NCBI GenBank assembly: GCA_965649765.1 | Contig: OZ287751.1 | Span: 63,736,001 to 63,800,000, forward strand | DNA from: Bispira polyomma | Lineage: Eukaryota | Reading direction: 5' to 3' | DNA: 64,000 bases | Notes under the pieces: model-generated | Seen by the model: only the letters and a program-made list of their open reading frames with translations | Database searches by the model: none | What the model was told of the DNA's origin: nothing | In this document: positions 36,895 to 49,791 of the stretch, piece by piece | Position numbering within the stretch: position 1 is the stretch's first letter | How the letters are laid out: every line of letters starts with the position of its first letter | Position numbers and translations under genes: made by a program

Positions 36895-37909
36895 TGTGCT
36901 GAACTTATTCACTAATGAGCTGGCTTAACTTTATAAGGCTATATGATGACCCTTCATAAGGATGGTAGATTAAACCATAGCAACAGGCTGTTAACAGCAA
37001 TGCTAGACACCAAAGATTCAGTTCATTCTCATTATATTGTATTGTGGATCTGTATGCACCTTATTGATGCTAGACAGCTTCTAAATTGAAGCATCAGTAT
37101 AAATAAATCATTTACAATGATAGATAACCGATTTTTTGTCACCATTAGGTAATGGCATGTTCATATCTTGCCCAGGGATGTTCTGCCCCAACGATCATTA
37201 TGGTGTTATCAGAAGATGAACAGGGGACAAAGGAAAAGTTTCACTCTTGGTTGATTTCATGCTATGACACAAAACTATAATACCTAAAATTTACAGCTTT
37301 TTCCTGTATGGATTGAATGCCTAGACTAATCAGAAGAGATTTTACAACTAACAATTATGGTGGCACAGCGTAATGTGTTTTTATGTTAATCATGCTACTC
37401 GCCTGAAAATCTTCTAATCAGAGTGTCTACGTTGCAACCACAAGCCAAATAAATCCAATTTTCTTTTTTCTAATTCGGAGACAAAATATCATTACAAAGT
37501 AAATATAACTCATAATTAACTACTGAACTTTAATCCCGATATTATCTGTCAAATAAGGGCTAAGAAGCTGTATTTAGAGAAAGCTAGACTTTTTACCAGC
37601 ATTTTTACCTCATTACAGCATTAACAACATCTCAGACTTACTTATACTGCATTTGCTTCCTCAATTATATGACTAATGGATACTCCCCACTGTCATTATT
37701 TTGGTAGACTATTTTCAGTGGCTGTATTCAAAGGTCTTAGTCTGAGTTAAGGTGTAATGTCGAGACGTTTAGATAGGTATAGTTATATTGCATTGGCATT
37801 AAAAAGCAGTAAAGTTTAACTTATGGCCAAAATAAAGGGTTGATACAAAGCTAAATGGTTGTCATTTATATATAAGGCTAAAGATGGAACTTAAGAGATT
37901 GTCAGTCAA

Positions 37910-37912
<3 letters not shown>

Positions 37913-37946
<34 letters not shown>
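37913..37946. repeat. (AT)n microsatellite
   Basis: Pure AT run. Confidence 0.95.
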
Positions 37947-37949
<3 letters not shown>

Positions 37950-38409
37950 TTTTTATAGTATCTGTTTCATAATAACTATATGGACAACATAAGATTCTAG
38001 CAAAATTTGTTGTAAAGAGAAGGTGAAAAGCAGTATGTTTATATTCTAGTGGTATGATGCATGAATAAGTTAGACTTTAAATTTAACAAAGCTGTAGTGA
38101 TGCAACTCTTATGTTACACCATCAAAGTTAGAGGTCCTGATTTATTATGGCCTTAAAACCCTGGACAGCCGTAAATAGCCCTCACTGACCCTGGCAAACT
38201 GTCAGAGTCACTGTCGCAAACTTAAGAACAACCCTTAAAACTATATTGTCACAGATTAGTTTTCCTCATTAAGGACATTATTTTCACTGTTTTCTCAAAT
38301 CTGGTGCTTCCTTTGCTTTCAATAACAATATTAAACCTCAAAACATTTAGAAACAGGGTTGTTGGAAATATGATGCATTTTGGACTTATTTAGAATTTAT
38401 CTCTCACAT

Positions 38410-38530
38410 AATAATAATAATGCATTTTTAACACGCTTTATTGATGCCAGGCATCTTCTAAAGCGCAACAGCAGAATCAGTGATCCAATCGTAAAGTCCA
38501 TGGGCATAGCAAGGTTGTAAGGGTAGGGGG
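38410..38530 (-). mobile_element. L2 3' UTR fragment
   Basis: CGCTTTATTGATGCCAGGCATCTTCTAAAGCGCAACAGCAGAATCA is nearly identical to 9247-9293. Confidence 0.8.
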
Positions 38531-39164
38531 GTTAACAGCTGGTTGATCAGCAAGCAACCAGATTGAGTATTAACCCACCCCGTAGCATCCGGCGGCAAGG
38601 GGCGCAACTCCCTTTCACGCTTCACATGGTGAAGGGTGCCGTAGCCAATAGCTTCAATTATTCTGGAAACTTTTGCTGCCATCATTCTCCCTTCTTTCCA
38701 ATTTTTTGGGGTTTAGCCTTTTAAAATTTTTACATCATATATTTATAAGATTTCTGTATAGCTATAAAAATTATATCTGCAAATAAACTCCCCAAACAGC
38801 ATCACATTTTACAACTTTAACTATAAATCTACCACTTTGTTTTAACCTTCACAAAAAAGTCAAAGGCTTGTCATAAAAATATCACAACTACAATTTTGAA
38901 CTTTATTCTATCACCAGCTACTTTGTAAGACTGTGAATGAAACCCTGGTAAAACCCTGGAGCAAACTGATTATCTGGACCTTGCAAAAAAGTTTTGGATC
39001 TTGATGGATTTGGCCTCGCTCATCATAGTCAACATTACCAATATACTTCATCTTTGTTTTGACTGTGCCTTTTAATTATCAGGGTAGTGAGCCCCATTAA
39101 AGTAACTACAAACTCTGACAACACTGGATAACTGGCACAGAGGTAGTACATCATGATTTAATGG

Positions 39165-39445
39165 GGCTGGATCTAGAGCTTTTTTCAATTGTTGACCTCA
39201 TATAATAGAATACCCTCCAAGTTCAGCTTAGATCACTGGACACATTAATCACTAGAAACACTTTTTGGGTTTAGGCAAAACCTTAAAATTTATCTCTTAA
39301 AACTTGCTCAAGCGCCTTCATTCTCTTCCCCTAAGCACCCCCACTTCATACCTTACACCCTTGGCTATGTTTGTTTGGACTTTTCCCGATTGGTTGATTC
39401 ATTCTGTTGTTGCGCTTTAGAAGATGCCTCCTATCAAAAATGTAA
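39165..39445 (+). mobile_element. L2 3' fragment
   Basis: GGGCTGGATCTAGAGCTTT..GCTTAGATC..GTTGCGCTTTAGAAGATGCC. Confidence 0.75.
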
Positions 39446-41654
39446 ACTACAATACAAGATAGTGGACTAATTTTGCCAGCTGGTTGAACTAACAGTGGGA
39501 AAGTTGGTCCCTGATCGAAAGGTTGTCGCCTGGTTCAACTGGTGGATAATATCCTTGGACAGATGTAAACACTTGTAATATTGGCAAAGAAAAATAGTTA
39601 CAGTAGAACCTTCATTATCCAAAATTCTATTTCAGAATATTTGATTTTATGAACTCTCCCAAATATATGTCTTTCTGTTTTTTTATACTGAAATGCCCTC
39701 CTATTATTTATCAATGAAAACCCATTTCAGAAGTACAGTTTGATGAAGTTTATATGTTTGTATTATTTGTTGTATATAATTTATCATGCTGAAAATGAGT
39801 ACTGATGGTATAATGGTGATGTTTGAATAAAGAATAAATAAATTGTATTGAGTTACTATAATTAATTTCTTTGCATTATACTTCACTTTGTATATTTTAT
39901 ATTATAATTAGGGATTTCATGAAATCCCTGGCTTAAATTTTCGTGATTTCTCGAATTCCATGGAAATGTTAAGGATTTCACAAAATCACTGACCAATTCA
40001 GGGATTTAATGGATCCCTGATTTACAAAATTCAATGTAACATATATTCTTCATGTCCTTAAAGATATAATAAAATGACAATTAGATTAAGTTACCAAATG
40101 TATGAAATTGCAAATGTATTTTACTAGCACTTCTACACAACTTATAAGCTTGTTTCCAATTGATCACATATTTTAATATAACTTCAAACTTTACATATAA
40201 ACTTGGGTTGGATTTATCTGAATCGACAAGTATCGTTTTCATTGATTTCTAGAAAAGAGCCTTAACAGTCAAACTCAAAGGGTCAGAGTTTCCACAGTTC
40301 TTCAATCTCTTGACACAGGGCCACTATATTAAGTGGTCATCTGAGCCACTATATACATATTTTCCTTCAACTAATGAAGACTCTAATAGGGGGCTCGCTC
40401 GAACCGAGGTCCTCTGTGTTACAAAAGGTCAATGTGGTACAACTGGGCCACTGGGCAAATGTACTGTCATATTGAATGAAACTTGCCCAGATAAGTTTCA
40501 TTCATGGAAACAGACGATTATACTGGCAAGGAAGAGTTACAGTAGTGATACAGAAACACATGATTGACAAGTTCAATAGTAATATTGAAATACTAAAAAA
40601 TATTCTTCCTGAGTGAGGCGCTATTTTTGAACAAACCAAAAATATCTGCTTTGCAGGGCTGACTGTTGAAGGTTCAGGAAGGAAGCTGACGTTAAAGAGA
40701 ATAGTTTTAGACTGGGTTCTTCCTGCACTACAAGGCAATATTCCTAGCATTTCTTACCGCCTCTCTATACCGTCATAGTATGAACCCCCACATAACCAAC
40801 ACACACCAAGCCACAGTTACTTTTTCCATTCCATTATTCTGTATGTAAGGTCCCACCACAACTGTATCAACTGACCAATAAACTACCTCTAGAATTACAT
40901 TGTACGGTCACGGTCTTTTCAATTAGTAAAAAATAATATTTTTCGGCTAACAAGTTGTAATTATTCATACATACCCCTACCCCTTAAATTGGCATACAAG
41001 AAGTGGCTGATAAATGAGTCAGGGGCAGTCAAATTATTGGAGATATTTGTCTTCAAACTAGGCTAATTATGCTAAAAGGTAATAAATATTGATGCTATGG
41101 CCATAAATATACAGGGACTATTTACAAATTAGATCTGCCTATGCCACAGCCATGGGTTGAAAGGTGACATGTAAGTTATTTACAATCAAATGCAGTTGAC
41201 TTTAACATTTATTAAATATTTGTCTATATATATAGTTAGTTTATGGGCTATTATTTCCACCCTCAGGTAAAACCAAAGATGAGAAAAATCATTCCTCAAA
41301 ATCCTGTAAAGCGAAAAAAATTCCACAATAAGTAATTCAAACCACAAGCTTTAAGTATTCTGTCCAGTTTGTGGCAGTTCATAGCCACCGGCGACAGACT
41401 GGCTACTATCCGCAAAACTTTACAAATCTGACAGGGCACTTTTTTATGATTAGATACAATATAAAAAATGAGAAAAAAAATCCAAAAATTGATATCAGCT
41501 TGAAAAATGCATTTATATATGGGCCTAAATTTATAATATTGTGTACACGGCTATTGTATTATTCATTACGACCACAAACTGAATGGATGATGATTATTTT
41601 CTCTATGTTATCTAGTGCTGTGTCAAATGTTTGTAGTTTTAAGCTTAAGAGCGT

Positions 41655-41887
41655 GATCTTTGATATCTTGATCTTTGAGATCTCTTTGAGATCTCTTTGA
41701 GATCTTGATCTTTGAGATCTCTTTGAGATCTCTTTGAGATCTCTTTGAGATCTTGATCTTTGAGATCTCTTTGAGATCTCTTTGTCTTTGACATCTTGAT
41801 CTTTGAGCTTTGAAATCTTGATCTTTGAGATCTCTTTGAGATCTCTTTGAGATCTTGATCTTTGAGCTTTGAGATCTTGATCTTTGA
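41655..41887. repeat. Minisatellite of mixed 11-bp (TTTGAGATCTC) and 15-bp (TTTGAGATCTTGATC) units
   Basis: Directly visible tandem array. Confidence 0.95.
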
Positions 41888-41935
41888 TTTTGGCTGTTAA
41901 TGGTAAGATTTTAGTCTTGGTCCCAGTGACATTAA

Positions 41936-42503
41936 TACCCCTGTTCCACTATGCTGATCATACCCCCGACCTTAATGATTGTCAGTCCGGGGGCCATTAT
42001 CGTGCATGATTCGCCCCACTAATGACTTAGTCTCTTGATGCAAAGACTTATCTTTTCCAATCGGTCACATAGGTTTGCGAGTGAGTGTGTCTTGGCCGAT
42101 CCATTGGCCCCCTGCCGGAGATATCTTATCTTTGTAACGACTTATCTCTTTCAGTTAGGAATTATCTTTTCCTTCCAATGACTTATTGTTTGATGAAAAG
42201 ACTTATCTCTTCCAAAAATTAAAAATTGTTACCTCAAACAGCAAGGTTGGCAGATTTATCTTTATAAGATCGTGGTGGGTTTAAGACCTATCTTTTTCAG
42301 TTAAGACTTTTATTTTCCTTCCAACGACCTATCTTTTCCTTCCAAAGACTTATCTTAATGTCCCTCCAGACTTATCTTTTCAATCTTTATATGCAAATTT
42401 TCCAGCTTTTTTTTTTGAAAATCGTGGGGAAATGCCAAGGATTGGCCAAGATGATATAATCGGGACCCCTGTCTAGTATAGTCTTGATAGTGGAACAGCA
42501 CCA
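41936..42503. mobile_element. Non-autonomous Harbinger related to 24027-27387
   Basis: TIR CTGTTCCACTAT..ATAGTGGAACAG. The rc of the right end, GCTGTTCCACTATCAAGA, matches the autonomous left TIR. TAA/TTA flanks; internal GACTTATCT repeats. Confidence 0.8.
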
Positions 42504-42642
42504 TTAGAAGAGAAATCTTTGCTTTTTAATGCTAACTTTGCACTTAACACTAAGACTACATAATAGGCAGTTTTAAATAGTTTAGACATAAATCTTTAAG
42601 CTTGAGAGAAAATCTTTAAGCTTGAGACTAAACTAAGACTAA

Positions 42643-42806
42643 AGGGCTTTACAGACAACCCACGGCACGGCACAACGCTTTTTTAATGATTTCTCCAAGG
42701 CCAATTGTGGTGTCGTGCAGTGTCGTGCTAGGACCAGTATGAATAATCTATATATATTCTCTTGTTTCTATTTTTATTTAGTGTCGTGGACAGTCTGTAA
42801 AGCCCT
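42643..42806. mobile_element. Harbinger/Tourist-type MITE
   Basis: Perfect TIR AGGGCTTTACAGAC..GTCTGTAAAGCCCT with TAA TSD; relative at 56233-56481. Confidence 0.9.
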
Positions 42807-43135
42807 TAAGACCTTTGTGTGAAAATGACCCCCTGTTCACTAGAGCCAGAATCATGACCAGCCAATTGCAGTTTCCTTATTATGTCTTATATCTTCACTT
42901 CCACTTGCAATGTGACACTGCTAATTCTTGCCATCTTCTTTTAGGAGCATATTATGACATTATTACAGATTTATTGATTTTCTCAGGAATACGAGAACAT
43001 GACCCTATTAAATGTGACCTTGTAAAGAACCCCACCTCGTGCTCTAAGTACCAGTCCATTAACAGTAGTGGTTCAGCTTTAAGTGGGAGCCCTCAGTGAC
43101 CTTCACCTCAACTACTAGTCTTTCTGAAGCGTGCC

Positions 43136-43427
43136 CTAACTATACAGGAGTGTTTTTTTAATTAAAGAATTATTGTAGAAATTTCAAAAGAAATACAATA
43201 TTTTATGTTGAAAAAGTAAACACACCTTATTTACTTCTTTGAAACTTGTGTCCAGTAAGGCGTCATAGATAACCTAATTAAAGTAGGTCAAATCGCTAAA
43301 TAAAATGGTTACTACTAAAGCCCGGAATGTCACTCGCAACCAGAATAGACCAGCAAAATACCCTTACAAAAAGCGGCTTTCAACTCCGTCCGACCTCCTT
43401 TATTAAAGGCTATTCTTGTTATACATT
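43136..43427 (+). repeat. Uninterrupted paralog of the repeat split by E2
   Basis: Left part aligns with ~45615-45768 and right part with 51295-51447, joined at CTAATTA|AAGTAGGTCAAATCGCT. Confidence 0.85.
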
Positions 43428-44214
43428 CCATCTGTTCCAAATTTGTTTGGTAATGATGCATCCATACAGTTTATATTAGTCACCCAGTTTGCATTTCGAC
43501 AAATGAGCATTATATGGCACCGCCTGTCTGGAATAACCCCACACTCCACATCAGGACATCAAACAACATTTCCCTCTTTTAGAAAACATCCTCATTTTGT
43601 TCAAGCAAACCTTTCAAACACAGATCTCATTTCCCTTGGCCCGATTTGAATCTTTTTGTTGACAACCTTGGCTGTGCTCATATTATGAACTGTGCCCGCG
43701 ATTAGGATGTTATAGCATTCCCTGGTTGTCAAATGATCCAGTGTTGTTGACTTTTTTGTGTTTCATCAATTATGATTTTGAGATACTGATTACCATGCAA
43801 CCCAGTGCCTTAGAATTTGATATAAAAAAAGAACTGAAAAAGGTTGATAATGATGATGAAGTTGAGGTAACATATAGGTAAAAATAGGTAAAATAATTTT
43901 AAATTCGAAGAAATTCCATAACTAAGCATCAGATTTCTCATTATCACTTGCCTAACAATATAATCCGACTGATAGACTTTATAGATCTCTCGCTGGCACT
44001 TTACATTGTTTGTGGTTACGCTTGTTTATAGTAAAGACTTTCCATGTCATGAACCCATAGGGATCTAACAACTCATTTCCCATAGTTTGCAGCTACCTTA
44101 AGATATTGAAAAAAAAAAAAAAATTTATTTCCCCCTTTTTTCACACCCTGGCCAGTAAACCATGAAGCAATCAAAATCTTTCCCCCAGTTTAGCTACATT
44201 TATCCAGGGTCAAC

Positions 44215-44400
44215 GAGCAAGTGTTTTTATCAGGCGCAGCCTGATATTGTTTTTCTGAAAAGGGCGCCTCCATCTTAGAAAATATGGAAGGCCTGGATTG
44301 GTTGAAAGTAAACGACCCGGCCAAAATGAGGGGGTGTCATATTTATTTGTTATCAGGTGCATCCTGCCTGAGTATATAGTGGCCATATCAACCTATAGTG
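44215..44400 (-). mobile_element. Helentron-like AACAAGAG-family repeat, partial
   Basis: Perfect hairpin TATCAGGC-GCA-GCCTGATA (44228-44246) next to a T run. TGCCTGAGTATATAGTGG is shared with ~28457. Confidence 0.6.
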
Positions 44401-44681
44401 ATACAATAAAACTTTTACTAAATTTAACTCAAGTTAATCAGAGTAACCCATTTCGTTGTCTTAGTGTAATATCCAAAATTAAGCTCTTTATCTAAATTTA
44501 GAGAATTGATACAAATCATTTAACATAAATGTTGAAATATAATTGTATGATTTATTTTTTTCATAATTATACAGTCCTTAGTTTCAACTCAAGTTTAGAA
44601 TCAAAATTACAACATTTATATTGTAATTACATTGCAAACAGGTGTTTTGCTCTCTTCACACCATATCTGGTTTTAGTTAAA

Positions 44682-44902
44682 GTTTATGTTATTTGTCGCA
44701 TTTAACACGTGTGTGGGCCATATTATACCATACAGGTCACTGTTGGAAGAAATCAGAACAGGGCAATTGGTCAAAATGTTCTCGCATACACCACCAACAA
44801 AACTACTGCCAAGTATCCAACAATACACGCCAAGACTGAGATTTAAACCCATAACAAAAAAGGTGGCATGTCGGTGTCTTACCACTACACTACTGAGGCC
44901 CC
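44682..44902 (-). mobile_element. tRNA-derived SINE, family D
   Basis: rc head GGGGCCTCAGTAGTGTAGTGGTAAGACACC..GGTTTAAATCTC; relative at 59979-60208. Confidence 0.7.
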
Positions 44903-45007
44903 ACCAAATGGGTAACTTACCACTTACAAATGCCGGAACTGAGATTCATACCCAAAACAGAGACGAGGCAACTGTGTTACCACTGCACCACTGAGGCCCC
45001 ACTATAT

Positions 45008-45337
45008 GAAATTAAATGAAATAGGACATTTGTTATAGCACACCAATACAACACAGGGTCGTTTTAAATGTGCTTCCTTAAAGGGCAGCCACTATGGACG
45101 TCCCTGAGGATGACCATTTATCAACCTCACCAAGGATCTTTAATCTGCCACTGGAGATATTACTCAGTGACAGAGGACCGCCATTTTAAGTGGTCATCCA
45201 AGCCACTAGGCAAACTAGTGTTCGCATCTTGCCCAAGGATGTTATCCTACGAAATGAAACTAGTGGCTGGTACCGGGAATAGAACCGGGGACATTCTGAT
45301 CATCAGACCAACACTCTAACCACTAGACCACGGGGGA
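45008..45337 (-). mobile_element. tRNA-derived SINE, family C, full length
   Basis: rc A box TGGTCTAGTGG and B box GGTTCTATTCCC; body matches 14658-14916. Confidence 0.85.
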
Positions 45338-46199
45338 TCACAACTTATATAGATATGGTAACTTACACATGCAAGGACTCAGAATTGAACCCACAATAAG
45401 AGGGGAGTATGTTACCACTAACCCACTGAGATTTCTTTTTTCATATTATAACATAGTGTCTTATTAGTTCAGAGGGCAAGGACTGAGATTCGAACCCACA
45501 AGAACAGAAAGGTGAGCGTGACCACTACACCACTGAGACCCTCTTTTTAGGTCAGAGACGTTCTAACGTGATTGGTAGCTGGGGGCCACCATGTTGTATG
45601 ACGAGTCTAAGATAAACTGTGTAGGGGGTGTAGATTTATTGCTAATATTCGTAAAAAACATATATCTTCTTTTATCATGGAAAAATGCAAGAATTGACTG
45701 ATGTAGAAATACACCTTTTTAATTCTGGGATTCTTGTGTCTGGTAAAACATCAAAACTGACTTAATTAGCAGTCCCCAACACTCCCAAGCCAATAATAAA
45801 TTCAATGAGGGTACATAATTTATTATATAAATTGTATAAAATATATAAAATACACTTCTAATCTACTGACTATTTACATTTCTTAATATGTTACGTAATA
45901 CATTAATGAATACAATGTGTAAAATTCTAAAAGTAAAGGTCATCTTGAGCAAAATAAGTTTAAGTTTTAACTTAAGTTACACATGAATGATTTATCAGTT
46001 TAAGATTATCCTTAAGCAATACTTTAAGGTTGTCCTAACCTGAGGGCCACTAAGGTTAACATACGTCATAATTTAAGGTGACCCTAATCTGAGGGGCCTA
46101 AATAATTTCCAGATAAAGTTCAAGTTGACCTAAACTTGTTTTAACATGTTTTAAGATACATCAGATCAAGCCTCAAACCCAAACGTAGGGTAATGACAT

Positions 46200-47197
46200 T
46201 TATACAGCATTAAGTAGGCGCTGGAAAGTTGCAGCCACTTCTGTTGAGCCATTATTGCTCTGAATATACGTCCATACACAATCCGACTTCCAGGTGCCAT
46301 GCTCCTTGATTTGCTGTATAGGTACATCTGCTTTATAAGCTAGAGTGGCACCTGAACGTCGAAATGCATGGAATGTATAATAATTAGATGGATAATCCAA
46401 TTTATTGTTAAGTAGTGCCAATGTTTTCCTAACTCTTGAATCCGTAGCCACCTGCCAGCCCTGAGCCATCTTGCACTGGAACAATGGATCTTTTTTACCA
46501 GGATTGTAAAGATGAAATAACTTTCTTAAGGCTGTATATGGACAAATGGTAGAAGAACCTAATCGTGGCAATGTCAAAATTTGCACCTTGTCCCTAGTTT
46601 GCATAGTCTTTGTCCATTTTAACTATATTTTGACTGTGTGCTTCTGAAAGAACACATCTGCACCAGTTAAGTGCCTGGTGTGATCAAATTCCCTGATTGC
46701 ATGTGGTGCGATATTTGAGAGTCTCAAAAAGCCAAAGTATCCTGTTAAAAAAATAGCCTTGTATACGTACGAATTGCTTATATAATTGCATTGAGCTACC
46801 AATCTTTCAAGTGTGGGCACATCCATGATATTTCTCTTAACTATAGTATGAGTTCTATTAATCTTTAATGACTTGATAAAGTATTTTATCTTCGGGTGAT
46901 CAAAGATTACAAATTGTAAATCATATACAATACACATGGCTTTAATAGCTGCAACGTAGTTTGCCACCATATGAACTGAAACTTTATTGATAACCAGAAA
47001 CTCTAGAAATGACATAATACCATTTATATTTAAACATTCCAGTGCTATATTAACACAAAGGCAAAAAGCCACAAAAGTTCTAAATAAACCTTGGTAGCAA
47101 AGCCTGGTCTTTGGTCGAAAGGCAGTGTGTAATCTCTTGCTAGCTTTTATCTGTAGCTTTTGCACTGCTCCAAGCTCTACAACACAAAGCATAGTAT
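46200..47197 (-). pseudogene. E2 tyrosine recombinase
   Basis: YFGFLRLSN, KWTKT, HAFRRSGA, HGTW, VWTYI (catalytic R-K-HxxR-H-Y present). One in-frame TAG at 46623-46625. Confidence 0.93.
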
Positions 47198-47203
47198 CTG
47201 TTA

Positions 47204-49791
47204 TTAAAGTGTATTATCAATGTCTGTCAATTCTAAAGACGTTTTAACCATACTGGGTTTTCCACCAATGTGTTCAATTCTTGTACATTATCAATTGTAT
47301 ATTTCCAACGTGACAATAGATCAGCGATTCTGTTGTCTCTTCCCATGACATGTATATATTGGAGCTCAATGTCTGCTACTGCAGCCATATACCATATATT
47401 TGTCGCACATGCTGAGAGATAAGGGTCTCTGGCCCTGCCAGATTGCAATACATTCCCAACTGCATTGTTATCACATTTAATAAGGACCTTACTACCTGTC
47501 CAGTATTTTTGGTATAACTTTAAGGCTACTAGTATGTTAATCATCTCAAGATGAACTATGCCAAGATTTTGAAAATTTGTTGGTATTGGAAGATGATATA
47601 CAAGACTTCTCCATCTTCCTCCCAGGCCATAAAGGCAGGCGTCTAATTTCAATGTTTGATCAATGCTTTTATGTCCATACATGTATACACCATTGTATAG
47701 CGGCAAGAATCTATCGAACCATCTCAGATCCCGTTTGAACTCTTCTGTTAAAATGACCTTGTTTGGATTTGAAATACCTCTTAACAATTCCAACATCCTA
47801 TTTAGGAAACACCTCGCAGGTTTGACGCATTTGTGAATGTATAACAATTGACCTAACAAAGATTGCAAATGTTTTTTGGTACATTGTTTTTTATTTTGCC
47901 ATTGACTGACCGTAGTTCTAATTTGCTGTAATTTCTCGTCTGGTATGGTCATTGTGCCTTTTACAGTGTCAATTAGTACTCCTAGGCACACTGCTTGTGT
48001 GCTAGGAGACACTAACTTTTTCTGACTGATTGTAAGTCCTAACTTTTCCATGATTTTATACAAGCACTGAAATGAGCCTTTTGCTGAGGTGGGCGTACCT
48101 TAACCAAGGAAATCATCAAAATAGTTGATGACGCTATGGCCACGTAGACGCATGATGTAACGCACGGCGTCACTGACGCGTTGGAAGAATTGGCTGCCGT
48201 GACGGCTCCCAAAGGGGAGACACGTGTCTACATAAGTACCTTGCCAATTGAGTCCTAACAAGTCATAATCAATGGGATCAATTTTTAAATGGTGAAACGC
48301 GCGACTTACGTCCAACTTATAGATGTGAGCGCCTTTTCCCAATTTGGTAACTTCTTTAGTAAGATTGTCAATAGTGGGGAAGCTGAGCTTAAAATCTGCC
48401 CCTAAATAGCTATCTTTTTCTACCCCATCATTTACTGAATAACCTATAGGCCAACTCAAGTCTATAATTACTCGCCTGTTATCTGAATTAGGCTTGTGCC
48501 TAGTCATGAACGGTGAATGATGGCCGTTTACAATTGGGTTTTGTTTGAAGGGTCCTATTATCGCCCCGTGACTTTTTTCCTCATCAGTGTAAATCTGGAC
48601 ATCATTGGGATATTCTATTGCTGACTTATGATTGTCCACATCACACCTGAGTTCACATTTCCGATTAAAACCTAAGGGAAACCCAAACTCAATGAGCTGA
48701 AGTAATTGCTGATCCCAATAGTCCCTCAACATAACCTTCCATTGTTCTGTGTTTAATTGAGATGTCACTTGTATTCGAGCCCCCATGAAATTTGGTTGCC
48801 CCTTTTCTTTGACTTTCTGATGTAACTTAATTGGGCATTGAATGGTTGTGTTTGTAAAGCTGCTACCACTTGGTAGTGTTTGCTCAGTGATTGGAATAAA
48901 TCCAAATTGAAACTCTGATTGTTTTGTAAACTTAGTGAAGCTGTCACAAATGCCACTGATTTGTTTTGCTTTGACACCTTTATTGTGAAACAATATTGAG
49001 TTAATGAATTTATCGTCCTGAATGCTATTTACATCAAACAATAGTTTTGTTTTGGCCGGGCTATTATCATCATGCGCCACTTTGTTCACTTTTGTGGGGG
49101 AAATCCCCCTTTGTGATTGTTGCTTGTTGTGTTTACACCTTTCCTGGAAGAGAGTAAGTTTTTGTGTTGTGACACTACTAACCGCATTGTTTGATTTTGC
49201 GTTGAGTGTTTTGACACCCTGTGGTTGTATTTGGTGTTTGCTTACTTTACATCAAAAACCCACACTATTTTGCCTAGCTTTAACCGCACTGGCATAAGAT
49301 CTGATTTTGACGTCATAACTGACGGCCCGATATGTGCACATGACACTTTGCAACGGACGAACGAGTAAACTTTCTATGTCACTTTTTCTCACTTCTTTGC
49401 TATAAAAAAATCTGCCAACATAACTTGTGTCACGCTGTTTACATTTAAAACCAGCAAGGTACTTTGCCTGCTTTGTACTGACATTTGTATCAATAGTATT
49501 TACACATTCAGTATTACTAACACTAGAACCATTTGTTTTTCCATTCACACTAAAAACATTGACAACCTCTCTGTTTTTGTTTACCTGTGACTGACTGGCC
49601 TTACTACTAAACCAGCTGCCTTCCAGTTTAGCAAATATGTCTGTGGAGTTTGCCCCCAATCTCGTGATCTTTGATTTGTTGACAAGCACCAGTCTGGTAA
49701 AATTTACAGAACCATGGTTTTTTGTTACTGTCAGATTTCGGCCAATTTTTTGTCCCTCCAAAATTATTATGGCTGGTGTGCTTTTGTGCAT
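47204..49791 (-). pseudogene. E2 pol (RT + RNase H), 5' end overlapping gag
   Basis: RVIIDLS, YKLDVSRAF, LPFG, INYFDDF, in-frame TAA at 48100-48102, LDACLYGLGG, CDNNAV, HVMGRDNRIADLLSR. 5' boundary approximate. Confidence 0.92.
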
